From an uncultured Syntrophaceae bacterium (GTDB taxonomy: Bacteria > Desulfobacterota > Syntrophia > Syntrophales > UBA2192), in assembly GCA_964628025.1 (NCBI GenBank), contig CAZVLL010000006.1, positions 946 to 64,945 of the forward strand: a DNA stretch of 64,000 bases. Direction: 5' to 3'. Of this stretch, positions 18,730 through 27,347 are shown piece after piece (positions within the stretch are counted from its first letter, which is position 1; each line of letters begins with the position of its first letter). The position numbers and the translations under genes are program-made. The notes beneath the pieces were generated by a model. That model saw only the letters and a program-made list of their open reading frames with translations. It ran no database searches and had not been told where the DNA came from.

Positions 18730-19314
18730 ATGATGGTACGACTTCGCTTGGTTCACCTTTGTGTTGCTGCTATGCTGGTTGCCTGCGCGATCCTGCTCTT
18801 TTCGTCAGGGTCATCCGCTCAGGAAACGAAAGGCGGGGACATCATTCTGCCGGAAATCGGCTCCGGCAGCGTCGATGCATACGTCGAGGCCCTGAAGTCG
18901 GACATCCGGGCGCATACGAGGAAGATCACGGAGGTCAACATGCAGTTGACCGAGAAGGAGGCCGCCCTGTTCTGGCCGATTTACGACCATTATGATTACG
19001 ATATGAGCAAACTGAACTATGAACGGGCTTCGATCTACGATTTCTACGCAGATCATTACAAAACGATGTCGGACGAGCAGGCGAAGGATATCATAAGACG
19101 ATTTTATCACGTTGAACGATGGAAATTATCGCTTGACGAAAAATACTCGAGGGAAATGGGTAAGGTTCTGCCCATGCGGACCGTGCTCCGGTTTCTGCAG
19201 ATCTCCAGGCAGATAGACCGGTTGGTGAGCCTGAAGATCATGTCGGAGACCCCGCTGGTCTCGAAGGAAACATCCAAGGTGAAACCAGAAGCGAAACCAA
19301 AAGACAAACCCTGA
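18730..19314 (+). CDS. secreted hypothetical protein
   Basis: Start moved to ATG 18730 (MMVRLRLVHLCVAAMLVACAILLFSSGSSAQE, signal peptide). The track start at 18544 overlaps the patatin gene. No known motif recognised. Confidence 0.5.
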   Translation: MMVRLRLVHLCVAAMLVACAILLFSSGSSAQETKGGDIILPEIGSGSVDAYVEALKSDIRAHTRKITEVNMQLTEKEAALFWPIYDHYDYDMSKLNYERASIYDFYADHYKTMSDEQAKDIIRRFYHVERWKLSLDEKYSREMGKVLPMRTVLRFLQISRQIDRLVSLKIMSETPLVSKETSKVKPEAKPKDKP

Positions 19315-19438
19315 CGAGACGCACCCTCAGGAAGACGGTATGTGACCCTTCTGTTTCACGAAGTATGGCCATCGACAGGCGGATCGACGTTTTGACACTT
19401 CCATGCATGGCCGGTGAAACGTTCAGAGGAAAGAGACC

Positions 19439-20353
19439 ATGTCGCTCGACAGCCTGGTTTCCATTTTCGTCATGGTTGCCGTGTTTGAAATGATGGCGGC
19501 CGTGGGGATGGGCGTGGCCGTTGCCGATGTAATCGCCGTCGCCAGGGAATGGCGCATGCTGGGCAGGGCCGCTCTGGCCAACTATGTCTGCGTGCCTGCC
19601 GCCACGGTTGTCCTGCTCATGATGTTTGACGCCCACCCGATGGTTGCTGCAGGATTTCTCGTGCTGGCCGTCTGCCCGGGTGCGCCCTATGGCCCTCCGT
19701 TGACGGTTCTTGCCCGGGGAAACGCGGCCCTCTCGGTGGGGCTGATGACGGTCCTTGCGGTCACGTCGGCAGTCATCGCGCCGGCATCACTCTACCTGTT
19801 GCTGCCCTGGATGACCGGATACCAGGTACTGACGATCGACGCCGTCAACAGGATGATGAGCACGCTGATCCTGGTCCAACTTCTTCCGCTGGGTGTCGGC
19901 CTCGGTGTCCGGCACTTCAGGCCGGAAATGGCGGACAGGATGCTTGGACCAGCCCTTAGACTCGGCAAGGTGCTCAACATGGCAGCGATCGTGCTCGTTG
20001 TGGCCGCCGACTACCACCTGCTGATGGAAGTCAGGCTGAAGGGCCTCATTGGGATGCTGCTTCTGCTCACGGTGAGCCTGGCCGCGGGATGGCTTCTGGG
20101 CGGGCGCGACGTCGAGAGTCGAAAGACCCTGGCGCTGACTACATCCTTGCGCAATGTCGGGGTAGGCCTGGTGATCGCCACAGGCGCATTTGGGGGCACG
20201 CCCGCCGTGACTGCCGTGCTGGCTTACGGGCTCGTCGGGGTTCTTGGATCGCTTGCCCTTGCTTTTTTTTGGGGATGGCGCCCGGCTCTTGCAACGGCTG
20301 TCATCCCGGACATACATGAAGGCCGTGCCCGCTCAGACAGATCCGAGACTTGA
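19439..20353 (+). CDS. bile acid:Na+ symporter (BASS/SBF-like) family transporter
   Basis: About nine hydrophobic helices. The N-terminal pattern and the CPGAPYGP segment resemble SBF-like transporters. Confidence 0.55.
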   Translation: MSLDSLVSIFVMVAVFEMMAAVGMGVAVADVIAVAREWRMLGRAALANYVCVPAATVVLLMMFDAHPMVAAGFLVLAVCPGAPYGPPLTVLARGNAALSVGLMTVLAVTSAVIAPASLYLLLPWMTGYQVLTIDAVNRMMSTLILVQLLPLGVGLGVRHFRPEMADRMLGPALRLGKVLNMAAIVLVVAADYHLLMEVRLKGLIGMLLLLTVSLAAGWLLGGRDVESRKTLALTTSLRNVGVGLVIATGAFGGTPAVTAVLAYGLVGVLGSLALAFFWGWRPALATAVIPDIHEGRARSDRSET

Positions 20354-20541
20354 TTCACTGTCGAAGCAGGCTGGGGCGCTAGAGTTTCTCGCCCGATACG
20401 GAACTGAATGAGAGCGACTCTTCGCAGGGGCGAGGACGCGACGGGACCATCCCGCCAGAATATAGAAAATGCAGGAAAGAAGAAAATATGATAAATTGTA
20501 CAGGACAAACGCATGAAAACTGACGGGAAGGAGAGAATGTG

Positions 20542-21036
20542 ATGAATAGAAAAACGACATGGGTTCTCTTGGTCATTGGACTTGCCTTATTGGTAAACGT
20601 TCCGGTCGCCATGGCTCAGCAGCAGTATGTATTCCCGCAAAAGGGGCAGTCGGCCGAGCAGCAGAAGAAGGACGAGTATGAATGCCACGGCTGGGCTGTG
20701 AAGCAGACCGGATTCGACCCCACAGCGGCTCAGGCCCCTGCGCAGCCGGCGGCACAGCAGCCGGCAGGAGCACAACCGGGCTCCGGTGCCAAGGGAGCGG
20801 TGCGGGGTGCAGCCGTAGGTGCGGCAGTGGGTTCACTCGACGGCGAGGCCGGAAAGGGCGCAGCGGTCGGAGCAACGGCCGGTGCCGTGGCCGCACGAGG
20901 ACAGAGCCGCAGGCAGGCGTCTCAGCAGCAGGCCCAGGCACAGCAGCAGGCGTCGACTCAGCAGAGCACTAAACAACAGGATTATTCCCGGGCGAAGGGC
21001 GCCTGCCTGGAGGGAAAAGGATACACGGTGAAGTAG
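20542..21036 (+). CDS. secreted glycine-zipper / low-complexity protein
   Basis: Signal peptide ...VPVAMAQQ. Gly/Ala zipper GAVRGAAVGAAVGSLDGEAGKGAAVGATAGAVAA, a Gln/Ala-rich tract, and two Cys (ECHGW...GACLEGKGY). RBS GGGAAGGAGAG. Confidence 0.6.
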   Translation: MNRKTTWVLLVIGLALLVNVPVAMAQQQYVFPQKGQSAEQQKKDEYECHGWAVKQTGFDPTAAQAPAQPAAQQPAGAQPGSGAKGAVRGAAVGAAVGSLDGEAGKGAAVGATAGAVAARGQSRRQASQQQAQAQQQASTQQSTKQQDYSRAKGACLEGKGYTVK

Positions 21037-21136
21037 AGCGGGCGACCGACGATTCCTGTCTCGGACAAGAGACAGAAATCGGGAACAGACGTACATGCAA
21101 AGCGGAAAGTACAAACAGGAATCGTGAGGGACGCAG

Positions 21137-22315
21137 ATGAAAACAAGAGGCTCATGGAAATACGTGGTGATCGGGCTTGCGGTGATATGTCTGGCATTGC
21201 CCGCTTCGCTCTTCGCGCAGGAAAAGCCGGCCAAGGTGTTCAAGCAGGAGGAACTCGAACAGCTCCTTGCGCCCATCGCGCTGTACCCCGATGACCTCCT
21301 GACCCAGATCCTCATGGCCTCGACCTATCCGCTCGAGGTGGTGCAGGCGGAGCGGTGGGCGAAACAGAACAAGAGCCTGAAAGGAGATGCCCTGAAGGCA
21401 GCCCTTGACAAGCAGCCCTGGGACAACAGCGTGAAAGCGCTCGTCCCGTTTCCCGATGTTCTCACCATGATGAGCGAAAAGCTCGACTGGACCCAGAAGC
21501 TGGGTGATGCATTCCTGGCTCAGCAGAAAGACGTCATGGACACGGTGCAAAAGCTGCGCCGGAAGGCAGCCGAGGCGGGCAACCTGAAAAGCTCGAAGGA
21601 GCAGGAGGTGAAAAAGGAGGGCGACATCATCATTGTCCAGGCCGCCAACCCGCAGGTGGTCTATGTTCCAACCTACAACCCCACTGTGGTGTACGGTACA
21701 TGGGCGTACCCGGCCTATCCGCCCTATCCGGTTTATGCCTACCCGCCGGGGGCCGCATTGTTTACGTTCACGATGGGTGTCGCCATAGGCGCGGCCTGGT
21801 ATGGGCATGGCTGCCATGCCGATTATCACGGGGGAACCGTCAATATCGACAGGAGCACCACCATCAACAGGCCCGCCCAGCCGGGGACGAGACCTACCGG
21901 GGGAGGAGGCGGAGAGCAATGGAAGCACAACCCGGAGCATAGGCAAGGGGTTTCTTACCGGGACCAGGGGACCCGCGACAAGTATTCCCCGACAGACCGA
22001 GCAGCCGTGGACAGCCGTCAGGGGAATCGCGGTTACGACAAGCCGAGCGCAGGCACAGCCGATAGATCTGCCGGCAGCAAGCAGTCCGCCCAGGTGCAGG
22101 ACAGAACACCCGATCGGTCGAGTTCCGGGGCAAAGAGTCAGAACAATGCCTTCGGCGGGACAGACCGCAGCGGTGGGCAAGCGCAAAGGGATAGCGCGAG
22201 AGGCAGCCAGAGCATGTCCTCGGCCCAGTCCCATGGCGGCGGATCCGCCAGGTCTTCTGGGGGCGGGGGCGGTGCATCCCGCGGCGGTGGGGGCGGCGGA
22301 AGAGGCCGCAGATAG
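21137..22315 (+). CDS. DUF3300-domain secreted protein with Gly/Ser/Arg-rich tail
   Basis: LEQLLAPIALYPDDLLTQILMASTYPLEVVQAERW is the hallmark DUF3300 motif. The C-terminal ~140 aa is low complexity and ends GGGGASRGGGGGGRGRR. Confidence 0.8.
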   Translation: MKTRGSWKYVVIGLAVICLALPASLFAQEKPAKVFKQEELEQLLAPIALYPDDLLTQILMASTYPLEVVQAERWAKQNKSLKGDALKAALDKQPWDNSVKALVPFPDVLTMMSEKLDWTQKLGDAFLAQQKDVMDTVQKLRRKAAEAGNLKSSKEQEVKKEGDIIIVQAANPQVVYVPTYNPTVVYGTWAYPAYPPYPVYAYPPGAALFTFTMGVAIGAAWYGHGCHADYHGGTVNIDRSTTINRPAQPGTRPTGGGGGEQWKHNPEHRQGVSYRDQGTRDKYSPTDRAAVDSRQGNRGYDKPSAGTADRSAGSKQSAQVQDRTPDRSSSGAKSQNNAFGGTDRSGGQAQRDSARGSQSMSSAQSHGGGSARSSGGGGGASRGGGGGGRGRR

Positions 22316-22375
22316 GATAAAAGGAGAACACTCCGACGAGCTCCGATCAAGAATACATCGATGGAGGACAGATCC

Positions 22376-23320
22376 ATGGTTTTATTTCGAAGGCGATATC
22401 CGTCAGCCCGGACTCTTCTATGCTGTGCGATTGCCCTGTTTGTAGTCGTGATGTTCCAGGGAACCAGCCTGGCGGCAAACCCGAAACAGAAGACCTTCGG
22501 GACCCCGGAAGCGGCCGTGGAATCCCTGGTCAAGGCCCTACGGGACCACAATAAAAAGGAGATTGTCGTGATCTTCGGTCCCGGCAGTGAGACGCTGGTC
22601 TCGTCGGGGGATCCCGTGGACGACCGCGAGCGCAGAGAGAAATTCGTACGGCTTTATGGCGAAAAGAACCGCATGGAAACGGTGAGAGACGGCAAAATCA
22701 TTCTCATTGTGGGGAACAATGACTGGCCATTCCCGATCCCGATCGTGAAGACCGGTACGAGCTGGCGCTTCGACACGAATACAGGCAAGGAAGAAATCCT
22801 CCACCGGCGGATCGGGGAGAATGAGCTGGGTGCTATCCAGACCTGCCTGGCGATTGTCGATGCCCAAAGGGAGTATGCGGTCATGGACCGTGACGGCGAC
22901 GGTCTGCTGGCATACGCGCAGAAATTCGTGAGCACAAAAGGAAAAAAGGATGGGCTGTACTGGGAGGTGACACCAGGGGAAAAACAGAGCCCACTCGGGC
23001 CGCTTGTCGCGAAGGCCCGGGGCGAAGGCTATTTGAAGGGGGAAAAGCCTGCTCCCTATAACGGCTACTTCTACCGGATCCTAACCGCCCAGGGTTCAAG
23101 CGCCAGGGGCGGTGAATACAGCTACCTGGCGAAAGGGAAAATGGTGGGCGGGTTTGCAATCGTGGCATATCCGGCTACATACGCCGCCTCCGGTGTGAAA
23201 ACGTTTATCGTGAACCACGAAGGTGTTGTCTATGAGAAAGACCTGGGACCCAAAACTGTTAAACTGGCAAAGACCATGAAGGAGTTTAACCCCGACAAGA
23301 CCTGGGAAAAGGCTGAGTAG
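22376..23320 (+). CDS. DUF2950-domain secreted protein
   Basis: FGTPEAAVESLVKALRDHN..., WPFPIPIVK, YFYRILTAQG and GGFAIVAYPATYAASGVKTFIVNHEGVVYEKDLG are as in DUF2950. GGAGGA lies 6 nt upstream of ATG 22376. Confidence 0.75.
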   Translation: MVLFRRRYPSARTLLCCAIALFVVVMFQGTSLAANPKQKTFGTPEAAVESLVKALRDHNKKEIVVIFGPGSETLVSSGDPVDDRERREKFVRLYGEKNRMETVRDGKIILIVGNNDWPFPIPIVKTGTSWRFDTNTGKEEILHRRIGENELGAIQTCLAIVDAQREYAVMDRDGDGLLAYAQKFVSTKGKKDGLYWEVTPGEKQSPLGPLVAKARGEGYLKGEKPAPYNGYFYRILTAQGSSARGGEYSYLAKGKMVGGFAIVAYPATYAASGVKTFIVNHEGVVYEKDLGPKTVKLAKTMKEFNPDKTWEKAE

Positions 23321-23346
23321 GCTGTTCAAGGGAGAACCGGCGGCCC

Positions 23347-24654
23347 ATGGACGAAGACAGCATGCATCGTGTGGCCATTGTCGGCGGGGGCTTCGGCGGC
23401 CTCTACGCCGCAATTACCCTGAAGAATGAACCTGTCCGGGTCACCCTCGTGGATCGAAGAAATTTCCACCTCTTCCAACCGCTTCTGTACCAGGTGGCAA
23501 CGGGGATCCTCGGACCCGGCGAGATCGCTGCCCCGCTTCGCCACATTCTGCGCGCGCAGAAGAACGCGACGGTCCTGCTTGGAGAGGTGAAGGATTTCGA
23601 TCCCGAAGGAAGGCGGTTGATTCTTGCCGACGGGGATATTCGTTACGATACACTGATTCTCGCTGCAGGGCTGGAAAATCATTACTTCGGTCATGATGAG
23701 TGGGGACGGAGCGCGCCGGGACTCAAGAGCATAGAGGACAGTGCGACGATCCGGCAAAAAATATTTTTCGCCTTCGAGGCGGCCGAGCGCGAGACGGATC
23801 CGGAAAAACGCCGACCCTGGCTCACCTTCGTCGTCGTGGGCAGCGGGCCCACCGGTGTGGAACTGACAGGCATGCTGGCCGAGATCGCACGGGACACACT
23901 CCGCGACGATTTCCGTTCGTTCCGTCCCGAGGAGTCCGAGATTATTCTTGTGGATGCAGCCGATCGTGTGCTTCCCTCGTTCCCGCCGGATCTTTCCTCG
24001 AAAGCCGTCCACTCGCTGGAGGGGCTCGGCGTACATATCCGGACGGGCATGACGGTGACAGCCATCGACGGCAGGGGACTTGTTTTGGAGGGTCCAGGAG
24101 GAGCAGAGCGCATCGAGTCACGAACGGTGCTCTGGGCAGCAGGCGTTGCCGGATCGCCCCTGGGTAGAAAGCTCGCCGAAAAAACCGGTTCCGCGATGGA
24201 TAGGCAAGGACGGGTGAAGGTGAATCCCGACCTGACCGTGCCGGGGTACCCGGAGATCTTCGTCATCGGCGATCTGGCCCACATTGCCGGAACGGACAGC
24301 AATCCCCTGCCGGGACTTGCGCCGGTGGCCACCCAGGGAGGCCGTTACGCGGCAGGGATCATCGCAAGGCGCCTGCGTGGAAAAACGTCCCGGAAACCCT
24401 TCGCATACTTTGACAAGGGCACCATGGCCGTCATCGGCAGACATGCCGCCGTTGCCGATATCGGCCCCTTCCGCTTCGGGGGAGTCTTGGCGTGGCTCAT
24501 GTGGCTCTTCATCCACTTGCTGCTTCTGGTGAATTTCGAAAGCCGCATGGTCGTTCTTATCCGCTGGGCCTTCTCGTACTTCACCTACAACCGGGGATCC
24601 CGGATTCTCTATTCCGATGATGTGGTCCGCCTGCCTGCGACGAAAGAAAACTAG
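23347..24654 (+). CDS. ndh: type II NADH dehydrogenase (NDH-2)-like FAD oxidoreductase
   Basis: Two dinucleotide folds, VAIVGGGFGGLYAA and FVVVGSGPTGVELTG. C-terminal amphipathic/membrane segment WLMWLFIHLLLLV. Confidence 0.8.
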   Translation: MDEDSMHRVAIVGGGFGGLYAAITLKNEPVRVTLVDRRNFHLFQPLLYQVATGILGPGEIAAPLRHILRAQKNATVLLGEVKDFDPEGRRLILADGDIRYDTLILAAGLENHYFGHDEWGRSAPGLKSIEDSATIRQKIFFAFEAAERETDPEKRRPWLTFVVVGSGPTGVELTGMLAEIARDTLRDDFRSFRPEESEIILVDAADRVLPSFPPDLSSKAVHSLEGLGVHIRTGMTVTAIDGRGLVLEGPGGAERIESRTVLWAAGVAGSPLGRKLAEKTGSAMDRQGRVKVNPDLTVPGYPEIFVIGDLAHIAGTDSNPLPGLAPVATQGGRYAAGIIARRLRGKTSRKPFAYFDKGTMAVIGRHAAVADIGPFRFGGVLAWLMWLFIHLLLLVNFESRMVVLIRWAFSYFTYNRGSRILYSDDVVRLPATKEN

Positions 24655-24681
24655 CGCCGTTCTGAAAGGAGACAATCCATC

Positions 24682-26169
24682 ATGGCACAATCGATCAACC
24701 CAAAAAATATCCTTGCCGGCCTGTTCGTGTCCGTGATGATCCTTCTGGCTCTCCTTTCCATCCCTTCGCCCGATCCTCCGACACCGCAGGGGGCCTCCGG
24801 CACGCCGTTCGCGTGGAAGCAGGACGATCGCTGGAATGTCATCGAGGTCGCTTTCCGGAAAGGGCGCGAAGCCGGATGTCCTGCGCTCAGGGCGGCGATC
24901 GACGAAGGGTTCGTCCAGGGCCGTCGGTACCAAGAGACCTTGGCCTCGGCGCCGATCGCGGCGGACGATCCGGTCTTTGCGGACATCGAGAAAAACATGT
25001 TTGCCGTCGGGACGATGGTGGCTGCCTGCCCGGAGAAGCTTCAGAATTATATCGAGCTTGTGACGGGCACGAGAAGCCTTCTGAAAAAGCAGTCGCAGAG
25101 CTGGGACATGGAGGATCGCGTCGTACGGAACCGGCTCTACAGGCTGATCTACGGCGGTCGAGCGGCCCTGGAAGAGGTCATGCTGCAGGCTCAGGCCGGC
25201 TCCTATCCGGGCCTTATCCGCGCGGACAATGTGCCCTCTGTGACGCCATCCTATGTCTTCCAGGAGCTGACACTCCACAGTGGCGATATCCTGGTATCGC
25301 GCGGCGGAGCCCCCACATCGGCCCTCATCGCGAGAGGGAACGACTACCCGGGGAATTTCTCCCATGTGGCCCAGTTCTATGTTGATGAAAAGACCGGTGT
25401 GCCGGGCATCATCGAGGCGCACATCGAACGGGGCGTCGTGGTGTCGACCATGGAGGAATACATCCAGGACAAGAAGCTCCGGGTCATGGTCCTGAGGCCC
25501 CGGCCGGATCTTCCGCAGATGAAGGCCGACCCGATGCTTCCCCACAAGGCGGCACAGAGGGCCTACGAAGCGGCGACGAGCAGGCATATCCCCTACGATT
25601 TCGAAATGGATTTCCGGGACCCTTCAAAGATGTTCTGCTCCGAGGTGGCGTCCTATGCCTATCATACGCAGGGTGTCGAACTCTGGAAGGGAACCACCCG
25701 CATGTCTGCACCAGGGGTTGTGAAGTGGCTGTCCTGGTTTGGCGTCACCCATTTTGAGACCCAGGCCCCGGCGGACCTCGAGTACGACCCGCAGCTTTCC
25801 GTCGTCGCCGAGTGGCGCGATCCCGAGACCCTCTGGAAGGATCACGTGGACAGCGCCATTCTCGAGGCCATGCTGGAAGGCGCCGATGAAGGAGACGGGA
25901 TACCCTACGCCTGGTGGAAACTTGCCCCGGCACGGCTCGTCAAGGCCTATAGCGTCCTGCTCAACCTTTTCGGGAAGGTCGGCCCGATGCCGGAGGGGAT
26001 GGATGCAACGGCGGCACTCCGCAACCTGGAAGTGACGGCACGGCACGCACAGATCAGGGAACAGGTAGAGGCCCAGGCGATGGCTTTCCAGGAGCAGCAG
26101 GGCTACAGACCTCCCTACTGGGAACTCGTGCGCATGGCCAACAAGGCCAGGACGGGGCTGTCACGATAG
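24682..26169 (+). CDS. membrane-anchored YiiX/YaeF-like permuted-papain (NlpC/P60 superfamily) protein
   Basis: N-terminal TM segment. Order is LHSGDILVSRGG...FSHVAQFYVD...IIEAHIERGV, then ...IPYDFEMDF...MFCSEVASYAY, matching the His-before-Cys permuted arrangement. Confidence 0.5.
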   Translation: MAQSINPKNILAGLFVSVMILLALLSIPSPDPPTPQGASGTPFAWKQDDRWNVIEVAFRKGREAGCPALRAAIDEGFVQGRRYQETLASAPIAADDPVFADIEKNMFAVGTMVAACPEKLQNYIELVTGTRSLLKKQSQSWDMEDRVVRNRLYRLIYGGRAALEEVMLQAQAGSYPGLIRADNVPSVTPSYVFQELTLHSGDILVSRGGAPTSALIARGNDYPGNFSHVAQFYVDEKTGVPGIIEAHIERGVVVSTMEEYIQDKKLRVMVLRPRPDLPQMKADPMLPHKAAQRAYEAATSRHIPYDFEMDFRDPSKMFCSEVASYAYHTQGVELWKGTTRMSAPGVVKWLSWFGVTHFETQAPADLEYDPQLSVVAEWRDPETLWKDHVDSAILEAMLEGADEGDGIPYAWWKLAPARLVKAYSVLLNLFGKVGPMPEGMDATAALRNLEVTARHAQIREQVEAQAMAFQEQQGYRPPYWELVRMANKARTGLSR

Positions 26170-26233
26170 GCGTACACGAAACGGTTCGGGTGTCCCGAAT
26201 GCCTGTTCCGGGAAGGAAAGAGGAAGCACATTG

Positions 26234-27322
26234 ATGACACACAAGCCCGTCGCAAAGGATCTGACCGGCACCACGCTGCAAGTCTTGTGGATAGGCATCC
26301 TGATTGCCGCGTGCTTCTGGATCATGAGGCCGTTTCTTCCATCGCTCATCTGGGCCGCGATGATCGTTGCGGCCACGTGGCCGCTCATGTTGAAGGTGCA
26401 GGCCTTGCTGGGTGGAAAGCGAGGCCTTGCCGTCGCTGCCATGACCCTGGCCATGCTCCTCCTGTTCATCATACCCTTCTCGCTTGCCATCATGGCCATC
26501 ATCGAAAACGCAGACCGAATCGCCGCCTGGGTGAAAACGCTTGAGACGCAGGCATTGCCGACTCTGCCCGGCTGGGTTACAGGACTTCCCCTCGTTGGCC
26601 CAAAACTGGGCGCGGCCTGGGAGAGCCTTTCCACCGGCCCGGAACGCTTATCCGCACGGGTGGCTCCCTATGCGGGACAGCTGTTGAACTGGTTTCTGTC
26701 TCAGGCTGGAAGCATTGGGATGATCGCGCTGCAGTTTCTCCTTACGGTCATCATCGCCGCGATTCTCTATGCTAACGGCGAAACGGCTTCAATAGGCGTC
26801 ATTCGCTTTGCACGCAGGCTTGGGGGGAATCGCGGCGAGGAGGTTGCCGTCCTGGCCGCATCAGCCGTTCGGGGCGTTGCTCTTGGCGTGGTCGGTACGG
26901 CCCTGATCCAGTCGCTCCTGGGCGGTCTCGGCCTGGCCGTTGCGGGTGTGCCAGCCGTCACGGTGCTGACGGGAGTGATGCTCATTCTCTGCATCGCACA
27001 ACTCGGTCCGGCACTTGTCCTCATCCCGGCCGTCATCTGGCTCTACTGGAGCGACCAGACCACGTGGGGAACGGTGTTGCTCGTCTGGGCGATCTTTGTC
27101 GGCACGATGGACAACGTCCTGCGCCCGATTCTCATCCGGAAGGGCGCCGACCTTCCGTTGCTTCTCATCTTTGCCGGGGTGATCGGCGGCCTCATCACCT
27201 TCGGTATCGCCGGCCTGTTCATCGGTCCCGTCGTGCTCGCCGTCACCTACAGGCTGCTTGCAGTCTGGGTGAACGGGGAAGAACCCGTTCCGATGAAGGA
27301 GCCTGCCGACGGCTCTTCATAG
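26234..27322 (+). CDS. AI-2E (PerM/YdiK) family transporter
   Basis: Eight TM helices. Conserved C-terminal block VGTMDNVLRPILIRKGADLPLLLIFAGVIGGLITFGIAGLFIGPV. Confidence 0.8.
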   Translation: MTHKPVAKDLTGTTLQVLWIGILIAACFWIMRPFLPSLIWAAMIVAATWPLMLKVQALLGGKRGLAVAAMTLAMLLLFIIPFSLAIMAIIENADRIAAWVKTLETQALPTLPGWVTGLPLVGPKLGAAWESLSTGPERLSARVAPYAGQLLNWFLSQAGSIGMIALQFLLTVIIAAILYANGETASIGVIRFARRLGGNRGEEVAVLAASAVRGVALGVVGTALIQSLLGGLGLAVAGVPAVTVLTGVMLILCIAQLGPALVLIPAVIWLYWSDQTTWGTVLLVWAIFVGTMDNVLRPILIRKGADLPLLLIFAGVIGGLITFGIAGLFIGPVVLAVTYRLLAVWVNGEEPVPMKEPADGSS

Positions 27323-27347
27323 AAACCGTTTCAAAAGGAGGATCCCG

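Noticed and set aside
21152-22234. 360-aa minus-strand ORF antisense to the DUF3300 gene
   Set aside because: Shadow ORF, for the same compositional reason. The plus strand has the diagnostic DUF3300 motif.
24118-25587. 489-aa minus-strand ORF spanning the NDH-2 / YiiX-like junction
   Set aside because: It crosses two well-supported plus-strand genes and their intergenic RBS. The sequence is Arg/Pro-rich. Shadow ORF.
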